A stretch of 62,517 nucleotides of DNA, the filler included, from a bacterium (lineage in GTDB: Bacteria; UBP15; UBA6099; JAJRTR01): assembly GCA_024278215.1 (NCBI GenBank). It is 4 parts of 4 records of this genome, joined end to end, with 100 filler letters (N's around TTAATTAATTAA, not from the genome) between each part and the next. Parts side by side here need not be neighbours in the genome. Positions count along the whole stretch, not along the records: positions 21,406 to 49,324 come from JAJRTR010000086.1; 3 more parts are not named here. One strand, given 5' to 3'. Every line of letters starts with the position of its first letter. The first letter of the stretch is position 1. Under the pieces are notes generated by a model. It saw only the letters and a list, made by a program, of their open reading frames with translations. It ran no database searches and was not told the origin of the DNA. A program made the position numbers and the translations under genes. This document shows positions 29,308 to 40,687 of the stretch, piece after piece.

Positions 29308-30402
29308 ATGCTTGAATCAATTGGTATCGACAACGAAACGCTGATCATGCTGGGGATCACGGCAGTGAAGATAGTTGCCGTGTTCGCGGTGGTCATCACG
29401 GGCGTGGCGTACTACAGTCTGGCCGAGCGCCGGTTCAGCGCGTTTATGCAGGACAGACTCGGCCCCAACAGGTGTGGACCCAAGGGTTTGCTCCAGCCGC
29501 TGGCCGACGGTGCCAAATTCCTCTTTAAAGAAGACATTATTCCTAATCATGTGGACAAGACGCTTTTCCTGCTGGCCCCGATACTGACCATAGTGCCCGC
29601 ATTCATCACATTCGCGGTTGTGCCGTTCGGCACTTCAGTCGAGATTCTCGGTCAGACTGTGCAACTCCAGATAGCGGAAGTGAATGTCGGCGTCCTTTAT
29701 ATACTGGGCATCGTATCGCTCGGCGTGTATGGTATCGTTATCGCCGGATATTCCTCGAACAATAAGTACACGCTGCTGGGCGGCCTTCGCGGCTCGGCGC
29801 AGATGATAAGTTACGAACTCTCGATGGGACTGAGCATCATCGGCTTGCTCATGGTCTATGAGTCGCTTTCGCTAAGCAACATGGTAACAATGCAGAGCGG
29901 ATATATATCGTGGTTGCCGTTTATTCCCAAGTGGGGTTGTGTTGTGCAGCCGCTGGGGTTCCTGATATTTCTTGTCGCGGCATTCGCGGAAACCAACAGG
30001 GTGCCTTTCGACCTTCCCGAGGCCGAAGCGGAAATCGTAGCGGGCTACCACCTCGAGTACAGCAGTATGAAGTTCTCGATGTTCTTTATGGCCGAATACT
30101 CGAATATGATAACGTCCGCGGCACTGATGACGACGCTGTTCTTCGGCGGCTGGCTGCTGCCGTGGGGGAACGGATACGTAACGGCATTGCCGGCGGTGGC
30201 AAGGGCACTGGTGCAGATAGGCGTGTTCACCGGCAAGGTGTTGCTGTTCAGCTTCCTGTTTATATGGGTCAGGTGGACGCTGCCGCGATTCAGGTATGAC
30301 CAGTTGATGGACCTCGGCTGGAAAGTAATGCTCCCGCTGGCGCTGCTGAATATCGTCGGCACGGGCGCGTATTATATGATAAAAATGATGCTTCTGCGCT
30401 GA
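29308..30402 (+). CDS. nuoH: NADH-quinone oxidoreductase subunit H
   Basis: QDRLGPNR, QPLADGAK, AQMISYE, ETNRVPFDLPEAE, PRFRYDQLM. Confidence 0.96.
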   Translation: MLESIGIDNETLIMLGITAVKIVAVFAVVITGVAYYSLAERRFSAFMQDRLGPNRCGPKGLLQPLADGAKFLFKEDIIPNHVDKTLFLLAPILTIVPAFITFAVVPFGTSVEILGQTVQLQIAEVNVGVLYILGIVSLGVYGIVIAGYSSNNKYTLLGGLRGSAQMISYELSMGLSIIGLLMVYESLSLSNMVTMQSGYISWLPFIPKWGCVVQPLGFLIFLVAAFAETNRVPFDLPEAEAEIVAGYHLEYSSMKFSMFFMAEYSNMITSAALMTTLFFGGWLLPWGNGYVTALPAVARALVQIGVFTGKVLLFSFLFIWVRWTLPRFRYDQLMDLGWKVMLPLALLNIVGTGAYYMIKMMLLR

Positions 30403-30556
30403 CGCGGCAGGAGAAATATCACTAGGAGCGATGCATTCTCAAACTTGCTTGAGGATACATCGAAGTACAAATAAAACTTAACGTGAAAGCTGGAGTTTTC
30501 GTTCTCATTCGTTTCCAGTGTGTACTTTGGAAACGATGAAAGACAGATAAATATAA

Positions 30557-30583
30557 TCTGGAATGCAACGACTGTGTCGTTGC
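30557..30583. repeat. REP-like hairpin identical to 21418-21444
   Basis: TCTGGAATGCAACGACTGTGTCGTTGC, 27/27 match. Confidence 0.7.
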
Positions 30584-30625
30584 GTCAATAAGATAGAGGA
30601 CGGAATCGGTACGGACTGAACAAAA

Positions 30626-31150
30626 ATGGTAATGCCGACACTGACACAGATACTGTTTTACTCGACGGCGGGATTCGCGGTGCTGTGCGCGCTTCTGGTG
30701 ATACTGCACCCGAACGCGATCCGCAGCGCTCTGTTCCTCGTGCTCACTTTATTTGCCGTTGCTGTTCTTTACATACTTCTTAATGCGCAGTTTATCGCGG
30801 CGGTGCAGGTGATAGTCTATGCCGGTGCGATAATGGTTCTTTTCCTGTTCGTCATCATGTTGCTGAACGCGGGCGAAACGCTCGAAGGATTGAAACACCC
30901 GATGCGGAAGATTTTCGGGTTCTTATTCGGCATCGCAGTGCTGGGGCAACTTCTGGCGATAGCGCATGTGGCGACAATCGCCGGTGCGCGCCAGGGCGGC
31001 GTCACGCAGGAAATGGTGGCAAAAGCCGGAAACACGGAACTTCTCGGAATGTTGCTGTTCTCGAAATACATATACCCGTTCGAGGCGGTTTCGATATTAT
31101 TGCTGATGGCTATCATCGGTTCAGTGATACTTGCAAAGAGGAAACTATGA
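30626..31150 (+). CDS. nuoJ: NADH-quinone oxidoreductase subunit J
   Basis: [32 protein letters not shown]. Confidence 0.94.
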   Translation: MVMPTLTQILFYSTAGFAVLCALLVILHPNAIRSALFLVLTLFAVAVLYILLNAQFIAAVQVIVYAGAIMVLFLFVIMLLNAGETLEGLKHPMRKIFGFLFGIAVLGQLLAIAHVATIAGARQGGVTQEMVAKAGNTELLGMLLFSKYIYPFEAVSILLLMAIIGSVILAKRKL

Positions 31151-31449
31151 TAGGGCTTAACGATTATCTCATACTAGCGGCGATACTGTTCGCAATAGGT
31201 GTGACGGGCGTGCTGACCCGGCGCAACGCCATAGTGATCTTCATGTCCATCGAGTTGATGCTCAACTCGGTGAACCTGACGTTTGTCGCTTTCGCGCACT
31301 TTATGAATTCGCTGGACGGGCAGATATTCGTATTCTTTATCATGACGGTCGCGGCGGCCGAGGTGGCTGTGGGACTGGCGATAATTATCTCTATCTTCCG
31401 AAACAAAAAGACTGTAAATGTCGATGACATGAATATTATGAAATGGTGA
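31147..31449 (+). CDS. nuoK: NADH-quinone oxidoreductase subunit K
   Basis: [19 protein letters not shown]. Confidence 0.95.
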   Translation: MIGLNDYLILAAILFAIGVTGVLTRRNAIVIFMSIELMLNSVNLTFVAFAHFMNSLDGQIFVFFIMTVAAAEVAVGLAIIISIFRNKKTVNVDDMNIMKW

Positions 31450-33737
31450 ACGAGTTGCAGGAAGCGGCACAAAACACAATTACACAATGGGCGTGGCTGA
31501 TACCGCTCTTTCCCCTGGCCGGTGTTCTGATCAACGGCTTTTTCGGAAAAAAGCTGTCGAAAACGACTGTCGGCCTGCTGGCTTGCTTTACCGTCCTTTG
31601 CTCATTCCTTCTTTCAATAGCCTGTGTGGCGCAACTCGCCGGTATGCCGGTCGACGCGCGGCGCGTGATCGTCGATGTTTTCCCCTGGATCGCGGCCGGA
31701 ACCACAAAGATCATGTTCGGCATAATGCTGGACCCGCTTTCTTCGGTGATGATACTTGTCGTTTCCGGAGTAGGTTTTATCATTCACGTCTATTCACTCG
31801 GCTACATAGAAAACGACCCGGGATATAAGAGATTTTTTACATACCTCAATCTTTTTACATTTTCGATGCTGGTGCTGGTGCTGGCCAACAGCCTTGCGCT
31901 GCTCTTTGTAGGCTGGGAACTGGTCGGGCTGTGCTCGTATCTGCTCATCGGCTTCTGGTATCACAAAGACTCCGCCGCCGATGCGGGTAAGAAAGCATTC
32001 ATTGTCAACAGGGTAGGCGACTTCGGTTTCCTGCTCGGCATGCTCGCGATTTTCTGGATATTCGGATCACTCAATTTTAAAGACATATTCCATACGCTCG
32101 AAATCAACGCGGCGGTGACACCCTGGTTCATGGGAGCGGGCACGATGCCCGTGAAGACCGCCTTGAGCGCGGCGACACCGATACTGGGGCTGCCTCTTGT
32201 AACGATCATTACACTCGCGCTGTTCCTTGGCGCGACGGGAAAGTCGGCGCAGATTCCGCTCTATGTGTGGCTGCCCGACGCGATGGAAGGTCCGACGCCC
32301 GTCAGTGCGCTGATACACGCGGCGACGATGGTCACGGCGGGCGTATACATGGTCGCGCGCCTCTCGATGCTCTTTGCGCTGTCTTCGACAACAATGATGG
32401 TGGTGGCAATCGTCGGCGCGGCGACTGCGATTTTTGCGGCTACGATCGGCCTTGTACAGAACGACATCAAGCGCGTTCTGGCTTATTCGACTGTCAGCCA
32501 GCTCGGCTATATGTTCCTCGCCTGCGGCGTAGGCGCGTTCTCCGTCGGCGTATTCCACCTGATGACGCACGCCTTCTTCAAAGCGCTGCTCTTCCTGTGT
32601 TACGGCGCGGTGATCCACTCCTGCGAACACGCTTTCCACGACGCGGGCAGCCATGCGGACCCGCAGGATATGAGAAACATGGGCGGCCTGTGGAAATATA
32701 TGAAGATCACCTGGTTCACATTCCTGATCGGCTCGATGGCAATCGCGGGCGTTCCCGGACTGTCCGGTTTCTTCAGCAAAGACGAAATTCTCTGGAAGGC
32801 ATTCAACGCGCCGTTCAGTTTGACGATAGGCGGCTTCCCGCTTGGTAGTATCCTGTGGGCGGTCGGCGCCCTGGCGGCGGTGATGACCGCGTTCTACATG
32901 TTCCGCCTGATATTCATGACGTTCCACGGAAAAGAAAGACTTCCGCAGAACGCGCATCCGCACGAATCGCCACCGGCAATGACGATAGCGCTTATCGTAC
33001 TCGCTTTCGCGGCTACAGTCGGCGGCTATGTCGGTGTGCCACATGTAATAAAAGATATGGGCATAAATGTCGGCAACGAAAGTTTCTATAAATGGCTGGA
33101 ACCTGTGTTCGAGCCCGCCCAGACGATAATCGCGGAAGGCGGAGCCCTCGAAGCGATAGACTTCTCGAACGGCGGCGAAGAAGTCGGCGTGCAGAACACA
33201 CTCGCGGCAGGCATCACGGGTCTGAACTTCGCCAAACACGGTCAGGAAGGCATCATAACTCCTGAGGCAGGCAACGTGGCGGTTGCGCATCGGGAATCCG
33301 AAAACGAGGCTGCCGCAACCCACAGCGAAAAGCAGAGCGCACACGAGAATGTCGCGCTCGAAAAGAAACTCATGAACATCTCGATTGTTCTCGCGCTGCT
33401 CGGTATATTCGTCGCCTTCATCATGTACAACCGTAACCCGCAGATACACCATGACATCCGCGAGGGCCTCGGCGTAATACATACGGTGCTTTTGAATAAA
33501 TACTATGTCGACGAAATCTACTACTATACAATTGTGCTGCCCGGAAGAGTCTTCTCCGAGTTCTTCCTGTGGAAGTTCTTCGACGTGTGCATAATCGACG
33601 GAATAGTGAACGGCGTCGCGCTGCTGGTGCGTGGAGTGAGCGCCGTAGTCAGAAGGATACAGACCGGGGTGGTTATGAATTACGCCCTTGTAATAGTGAT
33701 AGGAATACTGGCGATACTCGCGTACTACATATTTTGA
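31443..33737 (+). CDS. nuoL: NADH-quinone oxidoreductase subunit L
   Basis: [60 protein letters not shown]. Confidence 0.96.
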   Translation: MVNELQEAAQNTITQWAWLIPLFPLAGVLINGFFGKKLSKTTVGLLACFTVLCSFLLSIACVAQLAGMPVDARRVIVDVFPWIAAGTTKIMFGIMLDPLSSVMILVVSGVGFIIHVYSLGYIENDPGYKRFFTYLNLFTFSMLVLVLANSLALLFVGWELVGLCSYLLIGFWYHKDSAADAGKKAFIVNRVGDFGFLLGMLAIFWIFGSLNFKDIFHTLEINAAVTPWFMGAGTMPVKTALSAATPILGLPLVTIITLALFLGATGKSAQIPLYVWLPDAMEGPTPVSALIHAATMVTAGVYMVARLSMLFALSSTTMMVVAIVGAATAIFAATIGLVQNDIKRVLAYSTVSQLGYMFLACGVGAFSVGVFHLMTHAFFKALLFLCYGAVIHSCEHAFHDAGSHADPQDMRNMGGLWKYMKITWFTFLIGSMAIAGVPGLSGFFSKDEILWKAFNAPFSLTIGGFPLGSILWAVGALAAVMTAFYMFRLIFMTFHGKERLPQNAHPHESPPAMTIALIVLAFAATVGGYVGVPHVIKDMGINVGNESFYKWLEPVFEPAQTIIAEGGALEAIDFSNGGEEVGVQNTLAAGITGLNFAKHGQEGIITPEAGNVAVAHRESENEAAATHSEKQSAHENVALEKKLMNISIVLALLGIFVAFIMYNRNPQIHHDIREGLGVIHTVLLNKYYVDEIYYYTIVLPGRVFSEFFLWKFFDVCIIDGIVNGVALLVRGVSAVVRRIQTGVVMNYALVIVIGILAILAYYIF

Positions 33738-33775
33738 TAAAGAGAGGCTTGTAAAAGCCTGACGGAGACCGGAAA

Positions 33776-35341
33776 GTGGATCAAGTGCAGTTTCCAATAT
33801 TAAGCTTCATCGTATTTTCACCGCTGGTGGGAGCGGCTCTTTGCCTGCTGTGCAAAAAAGGCGAGACGGCGCGCATGACGGCGCTTCTGACATCTATTGT
33901 CAATCTCGCGTTCTGCCTCCTGATTCCGCTTAAGTTCGATCCGTTGTCGGCCGCGTTCCAGTTCCAGGAAAAGAAGGAATGGATCGCAAGCCTCGGGATC
34001 AGCTACCACCTCGGAATAGACGGCATCAGCTACCTTCTGGTGCTGCTCACGTCGATCATCACGCTGGTCTGCGTGCTGTCCTCGTGGAATTACATACAGA
34101 AGAAATTAAAAGAATATTACATGTTCATGCTGCTGCTCGAAGTCGGCATGCTGGGCGTTTTCCTCTCGATGGACCTCTTCCTTTTCTACATCTTCTGGGA
34201 AGCGATGCTGATACCGATGTACTTCCTGATTGGCATCTGGGGCGGCGAGCGGCGAGTATACGCGGCAGTTAAGTTCTTCATATATACGATGGTGGGAAGC
34301 GTGCTGATGCTCGTAGCCATTCTCGCCCTGTTCTTTATCCACAAAGAAGTAGCCGGCTTCGCGTCGTTCGACATTATGGACGTAATGAAGATCGTGCTGC
34401 CCGCCAAAGTGCAGATATGGATGTTCGCGGCATTCGCGCTCGCGTTCGCCATCAAAGTGCCGATGTTCCCGTTCCACACATGGCTGCCCGACGCGCACGT
34501 CGAAGCGCCCACAGCAGGTTCGGTCATACTCGCGGGCGTACTGCTCAAGATGGGGACTTACGGCTTCCTGCGGTTCACGATGCCGCTGTTTCCATACGCC
34601 GCCCGATACTTCTCGCCGCTGATCTGCACACTGGCGGTTATCGGAATAATATACGGCGCGCTGGTCGCGATGGTGCAGGTAGACGTAAAGAAACTCGTCG
34701 CGTACTCCAGCGTGAGCCACCTCGGATTCGTAATGCTCGGCCTGTTCGCACTGAACATGCAGGGCATCGAGGGTGGCATGATACAAATGATAAACCACGG
34801 GTTCAGCACAGGCGCGCTGTTCCTCATTGTTGGGATGCTCTACGAACGGCGCCACACGAGACTGATCAGCGAATTCGGCGGACTCGCCAAAGTCATGCCG
34901 GTGCTGTTCACATTCTTCCTGATAACGACGCTTTCATCCATCGGCCTGCCGGGACTCAACGGATTCGTCGGCGAGTTCCTCATACTCGTGGGCTCATGGC
35001 AGAATAACATATACCTGACAATGCTCGCGGCGACGGGCGTGATTCTCGCGGCCATCTACATGCTGTGGATGTTCCAGAGAATGATGTTCGGCGAAGTGAA
35101 AAATCCGAAAAACAAAAATCTCAAGGACCTCAGCCTTCGCGAGATAATCGTGCTACTGCCCATGATGCTGTTCATATTCTGGATCGGCATCTACTCGCAG
35201 CCGTTCATGCGTCCGATGGATGCAACGGTCGAGAACTTTATCAAAAACTTCAATGTAAAATACAAGGCGACGGTTGAACTGCCTGAAGGGTCGACCGGTC
35301 TCATTCTCGACGAGTCCGACCTGGAATTGAGTGAGGAATAG
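33776..35341 (+). CDS. nuoM: NADH-quinone oxidoreductase subunit M
   Basis: [39 protein letters not shown] start. Confidence 0.96.
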   Translation: MDQVQFPILSFIVFSPLVGAALCLLCKKGETARMTALLTSIVNLAFCLLIPLKFDPLSAAFQFQEKKEWIASLGISYHLGIDGISYLLVLLTSIITLVCVLSSWNYIQKKLKEYYMFMLLLEVGMLGVFLSMDLFLFYIFWEAMLIPMYFLIGIWGGERRVYAAVKFFIYTMVGSVLMLVAILALFFIHKEVAGFASFDIMDVMKIVLPAKVQIWMFAAFALAFAIKVPMFPFHTWLPDAHVEAPTAGSVILAGVLLKMGTYGFLRFTMPLFPYAARYFSPLICTLAVIGIIYGALVAMVQVDVKKLVAYSSVSHLGFVMLGLFALNMQGIEGGMIQMINHGFSTGALFLIVGMLYERRHTRLISEFGGLAKVMPVLFTFFLITTLSSIGLPGLNGFVGEFLILVGSWQNNIYLTMLAATGVILAAIYMLWMFQRMMFGEVKNPKNKNLKDLSLREIIVLLPMMLFIFWIGIYSQPFMRPMDATVENFIKNFNVKYKATVELPEGSTGLILDESDLELSEE

Positions 35342-35347
35342 TTTTAC

Positions 35348-36829
35348 ATGCAACTGGACATGACGATCACATCCTACGACTTCAGCATGATCTGGCCGCA
35401 GATCGCGGTGGTCGTGTTCCTGCTCGCCGGCCTCCTTGTCGATCTGCTCGACAAGCGCGGCGAGACCACCACTATCGGCATCTTCTCCATCTTCGGCATG
35501 ATCGTCGCGGGCGCTTTCACTATCGGACTCTGGAACAGCGCGGCAACTGTTTTCGACGGTATGATCATCGTCGATAATTACTCGCTCGTCTTCAACCTGA
35601 TATTCATTCTCGGCTTCATTCTCACTGCCCTCATTTCCATACGCTCGCTGCCCCGTGAGGGCTACAACTACAGCGAATACTACATATTGCTCATGGGCGC
35701 CACTCTCGGCATGATGATAATGGCTTCCGCAGGCAACCTGCTCACGGTGTTCATCGGAATAGAAACCCTTTCGATATCTCTCTACGTTCTCGCCGGATTC
35801 GCCCGCAAGAGAGAAGAGTCCAACGAAGCGGCACTCAAATATCTCCTTCTCGGCGCATTCTCAACAGGTTTTCTGCTCTACGGTATCGCCCTGATATATG
35901 GAACAACAGGAACGACCGACCTTACGGGCATAAGAGATTTCTTTATACTCAGCCAGTCAGGACCTTCCATTGTACTGATCGCGGGCGTCATGCTCCTGCT
36001 CGCGGGCCTGATGTTCAAAGTATCGCTCGTGCCGTTCCACATGTGGGCACCCGATCTCTACCAGGGTGCTCCGACACCTGTCGCTGCCTTCATGTCCACG
36101 GGCGCGAAAGCCGCCGCGTTCGCCGTATTGTTCAGAGTGCTCGTCACGGCCCTGCCCGCAATGATCGAATACTGGAGGCCGGTGCTCTATGTCATCGCAA
36201 TCCTGACAATGACCATCGGCAACATAACCGCAATCTCGCAACAGAACATCAAGCGAATGCTCGCCTTCTCGAGCATCGCCCACGCGGGCTATCTGGTAAT
36301 CGCAATACTCGCCTTCAACCAGCTCGGCGCAACCGCAATAATGTATTATCTGCTCGTCTACACCCTGATGAACCTCGGCGCGTTCGGTGTGCTGGCGGCC
36401 ATGCGCCGCAAGAACCAGGCGAATGAAACACTCGCAAGCTTCGCGGGACTCGCGAACCGTGCCCCATTCTATGCCGCCATGATGGCCGTCTTCATGCTGT
36501 CGCTCGCAGGCATACCGCCAATGGCCGGTTTCATCGGCAAGTTCATGATCTTCAGTGCCGCCATAAAAGAGTATTCAGCCGGGCAGTCCGACATGCTTCC
36601 GCTGGTCATTATCGCCGTCACAAACGCGGTCGTCTCGGTTTTCTTCTATCTGCGCGTGGTAGTCGTAATGTACATGAACGAACCGGAGCAGGACCTCGAC
36701 TCCGAACCTGTCAATCTCGCTGCCGGCCTCTCGCTCATCATATCCGCCGCCGGAATATTCTTCCTCGGCATTGTCCCGAGCTATGCGCTCGATTTCATAC
36801 AGAACGCAATCCTCAATCTGCCGAAATAA
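35348..36829 (+). CDS. nuoN: NADH-quinone oxidoreductase subunit N
   Basis: EAALKY, FKVSLVPFHMWAPDLYQGAPTP, KRMLAFSSIAHAG. Confidence 0.96.
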   Translation: MQLDMTITSYDFSMIWPQIAVVVFLLAGLLVDLLDKRGETTTIGIFSIFGMIVAGAFTIGLWNSAATVFDGMIIVDNYSLVFNLIFILGFILTALISIRSLPREGYNYSEYYILLMGATLGMMIMASAGNLLTVFIGIETLSISLYVLAGFARKREESNEAALKYLLLGAFSTGFLLYGIALIYGTTGTTDLTGIRDFFILSQSGPSIVLIAGVMLLLAGLMFKVSLVPFHMWAPDLYQGAPTPVAAFMSTGAKAAAFAVLFRVLVTALPAMIEYWRPVLYVIAILTMTIGNITAISQQNIKRMLAFSSIAHAGYLVIAILAFNQLGATAIMYYLLVYTLMNLGAFGVLAAMRRKNQANETLASFAGLANRAPFYAAMMAVFMLSLAGIPPMAGFIGKFMIFSAAIKEYSAGQSDMLPLVIIAVTNAVVSVFFYLRVVVVMYMNEPEQDLDSEPVNLAAGLSLIISAAGIFFLGIVPSYALDFIQNAILNLPK

Positions 36830-36873
36830 TCTCTATCCCTCATATTTCACAAACGCAGTTTCAATAATCGTAA

Positions 36874-37051
36874 GATCCAATTGCAAAATTATGTTCGTAG
36901 CGAGGTCGAGCGAAATTGTTCAGAGCAAGGCGGAGGTGTAAAATCCTCGCAGGCGTACTTGTAGAGTACGTCGAGGACGATTTCGCGCCGACAACGCAGC
37001 TACGGACAATAGCAGCCGACCGCAGCAGAATCAGAATATTGCAATTGGCTC
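36874..37051 (+). mobile_element. MITE family A, complete copy (178 bp)
   Basis: Ends GATCCAATTGCAAAATT / AATATTGCAATTGGCTC, flanked by GTAA on both sides. Confidence 0.85.
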
Positions 37052-37268
37052 GTAAGAACGCCTGTGGTACAAGGCGCGGCAAGTGAGAAGTGGGGGAGCA
37101 ACTGTAAGTATATGTTCGATCCCGAATCGCCGTCGCAACGCAGTAAAGTAGGCGTCCGGGAAGATTTTCCGGATTTCTTCTTCGAGAAAGAAATACGGGC
37201 TATCCTTATTCAATTCGCCCAAGGCTTTCTCGTAACGATCCCTGGTTCGGTAATGTACGATAAAGAGA

Positions 37269-38234
37269 TTACAGATTAAGTGTGTAGGACAGGAAGTGTG
37301 CGTCCTGAAAGAGGGTAATGTCGCGGTCGCCGGAGACTGAAGGTAGAAAATTTTTTATTATTGCGTAATCGAGCCGGAGTGATCCGAAACGCGCACCGCC
37401 GCCATAGGTGGCCATGCCGTTCATGCTGCCGGTGCGCAGATATATCCTGTCGTCGAACGCGCGTTCGACGCCCGCAAACCATCGCAAGTCGACTCCCGAT
37501 CTGAAACCAAACTCGATATCCGCCGCGGCGAGTGTATCCGCTTTCGGGTCGGCCCTGTAGGCCGCGCCCACAGTTAACTTGAGGCCGGCGGCTCTTTTCT
37601 TTTCGCCCTCGCCCGGTTTGAATAGCCGGGACAGGCCGCGCACATTTATACCATACGACATGCCGCTGCCGGTTTCGTAGTAGAAGCTGAAACCGCCGCC
37701 TGTCTGAAACTCCTGCCTCGCCGCGATGTTTTCTCCCGTGTGGCGGTACCAGTTCGAGTCGAGGTATCCGGCGGAAGTATGCCTGATTCCCTGTCTCAAG
37801 TCGGCGAGTGCCGCGCGCCGTTCACGGCCCCTGTAGCGTTCCTTTTTCTTTATGACATTGTTTGTATCCATGTAATCTATACCCCACTCGCCTGGTACAG
37901 TGAACCCGAGCCCGAGGACCGTGTCGCCCCGAAGAGGAATGGTAATACCGGTAGTGTCGGAGTCCAGTTGATCGAGATTTTTTCTTTCGCCGGGGAAGTG
38001 TCGGAGGCTATGATTGCCGGAGATGGCGAGGCGGTTGGAGCGCAGGGCGGCGGAAGGGTTCCAGAACATGCCGATGGGGTCGCCGCCCACGGCAGTGAAC
38101 GCGCCGCCCATGCCGACGGGCCGGGGCGCGGTTTTCAAAAGGTAGTCGGCTGCCGTGTCAGACAGGGCAAGTGCCGCGAGTGGGAAAAACAGGACGGTTA
38201 AAACCGCCGGGATTATGAACCTCCAGGGTCTCAT
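37269..38234 (-). CDS. Second PorV/PorQ (UPF0164)-like outer-membrane protein
   Basis: Signal peptide, APRPVGMGGAFTAVGGDPIGMFWNPSA, GGARFGSLRLDYA, C-terminal LSYTLNL. Confidence 0.7.
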   Translation of the reverse strand: MRPWRFIIPAVLTVLFFPLAALALSDTAADYLLKTAPRPVGMGGAFTAVGGDPIGMFWNPSAALRSNRLAISGNHSLRHFPGERKNLDQLDSDTTGITIPLRGDTVLGLGFTVPGEWGIDYMDTNNVIKKKERYRGRERRAALADLRQGIRHTSAGYLDSNWYRHTGENIAARQEFQTGGGFSFYYETGSGMSYGINVRGLSRLFKPGEGEKKRAAGLKLTVGAAYRADPKADTLAAADIEFGFRSGVDLRWFAGVERAFDDRIYLRTGSMNGMATYGGGARFGSLRLDYAIIKNFLPSVSGDRDITLFQDAHFLSYTLNL

Positions 38235-39385
38235 TATTCCCGCATTGCCCCTTTTCCCGGTGGTGAACCGAAGAATCGCCGCTCGATCTCGAGCGCGACT
38301 TTTCTGGATTCATCCAGTGGTTTGAAACCGCGCTGCCTGCGCCGCAGCACGGCTGTAACATTCTGGTTCAGTTCCTCGATTGTCGTGTATGTTATGTAGT
38401 CCTCTGCCATGAGATCTTCGAAAAGTTTCTCGAATTTATTTCTTTTTCGTTTTTTACCGACTTTGATGACAACGGCGTACTTGCCTCCCGATATGATTTC
38501 CGAGACCATCGAAACGCTGTCTTCCGTGACGAGCACTATCTCGCTGAGTCCGATGATGCCCGGCACAGGGTTTTCGGAGTCTTCGGACGCGAGCAGAAGG
38601 TAGGCGTTGGCCGGGTGGTCTTCGAGCAGCTCTTTCACCTTTTTTTCAGCTTAAGGCGTAGTACGCCGCGAGGTTGTGGTGAGCAGGGAAAGGTCGTTTT
38701 CCTCGCAGAGCAGAAGCACCTCCTGCATGAGTTCCTCCGCAAGCGCGGCGTTTATGTAGTTCAGTGAACTGTCACCACCGATGAGCAGGCCCAGCGGACG
38801 GTTTACATCGCCGCGAAGCCTGGGGTACAGCGTTACCGCTTCCGCGAAAATGAAACCCTCAGAGATATGGCTTGTCGCTCCCATTGTGTAAATAATGTTG
38901 TCGCCCTTGCATTTATCCTGATCGTGTCGCGGTGCCACAACGAGATCGAAATCATTTGTCGACAGCATCGAAGGCCTCATGCAGACGACAGTCCTGGAGC
39001 CCCATATCCTGCTGAGCAGATACGTTACAGGGTGTGTGAGAGAGCCAGCGCTGATAATGAGGTCCGGCGAAAATTTCAACAGGCTCGTCATCGGCGCGTT
39101 TGTTATCCGTTGTATCCAGAACAGGATAAGAGGTTGCGAAAAATTGATGCGCCGCGCAAGAAACGATACGAAAACAAGAAACAAGTAGTACGGCTTGCTT
39201 ATTTTTATCTCGATCTTTTTGCCGATTACGTTTCGCAGCTTGCGGACAACACCCTCGGTCTGGTGTATATGCCCCCTCTTACCGTCACTGACGATAAGTA
39301 TACGCTTTTTCACTTTCGGCGGTCTTCTGTCCGGGTACATTTTTCGGCTCTTTTCAACAAAAGCACTTTTGAGAGCTATTAACAT
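38234..39385 (-). pseudogene. ELM1/GtrOC1-family (GT-B-like) protein interrupted by one in-frame TAA at 38651-38653
   Basis: SDGKRGH, PDLIISAG, FDLVVAPRHD, LLIGGDS, TTSRRT*, then in frame NPVPG, VTEDSVSMVSE. Confidence 0.8.
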
Positions 39386-39622
39386 ATTTTACCCACAACG
39401 GTGAAATATGCGGGGTAGAAGATATGCTTCTCCACTTATACATTCTATTAGCAGATTTTCCAAAAATCAAACAGCCTGGGGGGGGTTGCGAAAAAGAAGA
39501 TGGAAATTCAGATACGAGTTGCAGCATTGCAAACAGGATGCCGACTTATTGTTACACAGGCCCTTAATAATCGGCTCGACGGAATACGTGCCAGGTAATG
39601 ATGTGCTTATCACCAATGCGGG

Positions 39623-40687
39623 TTAAAATGAAGGTGAATAAACCATTATCCTGTCATCGGGGCCGGTTCCCGAAAGTACGGCGGCGCGACCGCTTTTGTT
39701 TGTGAAGAGAGTTTCCACTTCGTTGGGATTCACATAGAGTGCCGAATCGAACACGACGACTCCGACACCGAGATTGATGTCTTCTTCCTCGAACGCGCCG
39801 CCCGGTTCCAAACCCTTGCGGCCTATCATGGCATGTGATGAGAGAATCTCCGGGTCGGGCTCTGTGAGCGAACCGAAAGAATGCAGTGCATCCGCGGCGG
39901 CCTGCGGGAAGAAGACTCCGGGACCGATGTTGACAGCGGCGGCGATGAATGTACCCGGCGGCAGGTTATTCAGAAACTCCGCCATCTTGTAGCCTGCTTC
40001 AGGGTCCACGAACATATTGAAACCCCTCGATGATTCCACGCCATTCCCTCCGGGAGAAAAGGAAACGATATGATAACCGGAACTGTTCTTCGAATACTTT
40101 ACTCCATCAACATATATACCGAAGTATCCATTCCAGGCCCCCGAAGACAGCACAAAAACAGTGTGGTTCAACATGTCGGAAAACGGACTCTTCCCGACAG
40201 CGCCTTCCATCAGGTAGAACTCAAAGCCTGCCGTGCGCAGCAGCATGTAAGCCTCATAAAGAGTTTTGCCGGAAACAGCAGGGATAATACCGCTCGCTTC
40301 CGCCTCAGCCACAGACGTATCCGTCCAGCCCACAGGGGGGAGCCCCGCCGATTTTTCCGACTGTGCCGATGCTTCGATATAAATTCTTATACTCGATGCT
40401 TTTGCGCCGTTGTCCACAAGCCAGGAAAAGAGTTGCTTATTAGTGCCCGGTCTGTCGGGTGTGGCTCCAAGTTTTTCTGTAATTGTTATGAGGTCGGCTT
40501 CAATAGATTCAATGACGATCAGGCCGTCGGATGTCCTGATTGTGAGGGTTCTCCGTTCCTGTTTTTGCGCGTTGCCGGCAGGCACTGGTTCTGCAACGGC
40601 GGAAGCGGTGAAAACAAGAACCGACAAGAGGACAATCCATACAACCGGCATACATTTTATACTTCCGTCATATCGAAATACACTCAC
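39623..40687 (-). CDS. Secreted protein with ILEI/PANDER (GG-type lectin-like) domain
   Basis: Signal peptide; GYHIVSF..FNMF..MAEFLNNLPPGTFIAAAV..ALHSFGS..SHAMIGRKG pattern. Confidence 0.6.
   Translation of the reverse strand: MSVFRYDGSIKCMPVVWIVLLSVLVFTASAVAEPVPAGNAQKQERRTLTIRTSDGLIVIESIEADLITITEKLGATPDRPGTNKQLFSWLVDNGAKASSIRIYIEASAQSEKSAGLPPVGWTDTSVAEAEASGIIPAVSGKTLYEAYMLLRTAGFEFYLMEGAVGKSPFSDMLNHTVFVLSSGAWNGYFGIYVDGVKYSKNSSGYHIVSFSPGGNGVESSRGFNMFVDPEAGYKMAEFLNNLPPGTFIAAAVNIGPGVFFPQAAADALHSFGSLTEPDPEILSSHAMIGRKGLEPGGAFEEEDINLGVGVVVFDSALYVNPNEVETLFTNKSGRAAVLSGTGPDDRIMVYSPSF

Noticed and set aside
32067..33797. Long antisense ORFs (576 aa here, 456 aa at 11574-12944, 363 aa at 52209-53300)
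   Set aside because: Shadows of well-supported genes on the opposite strand; no motifs
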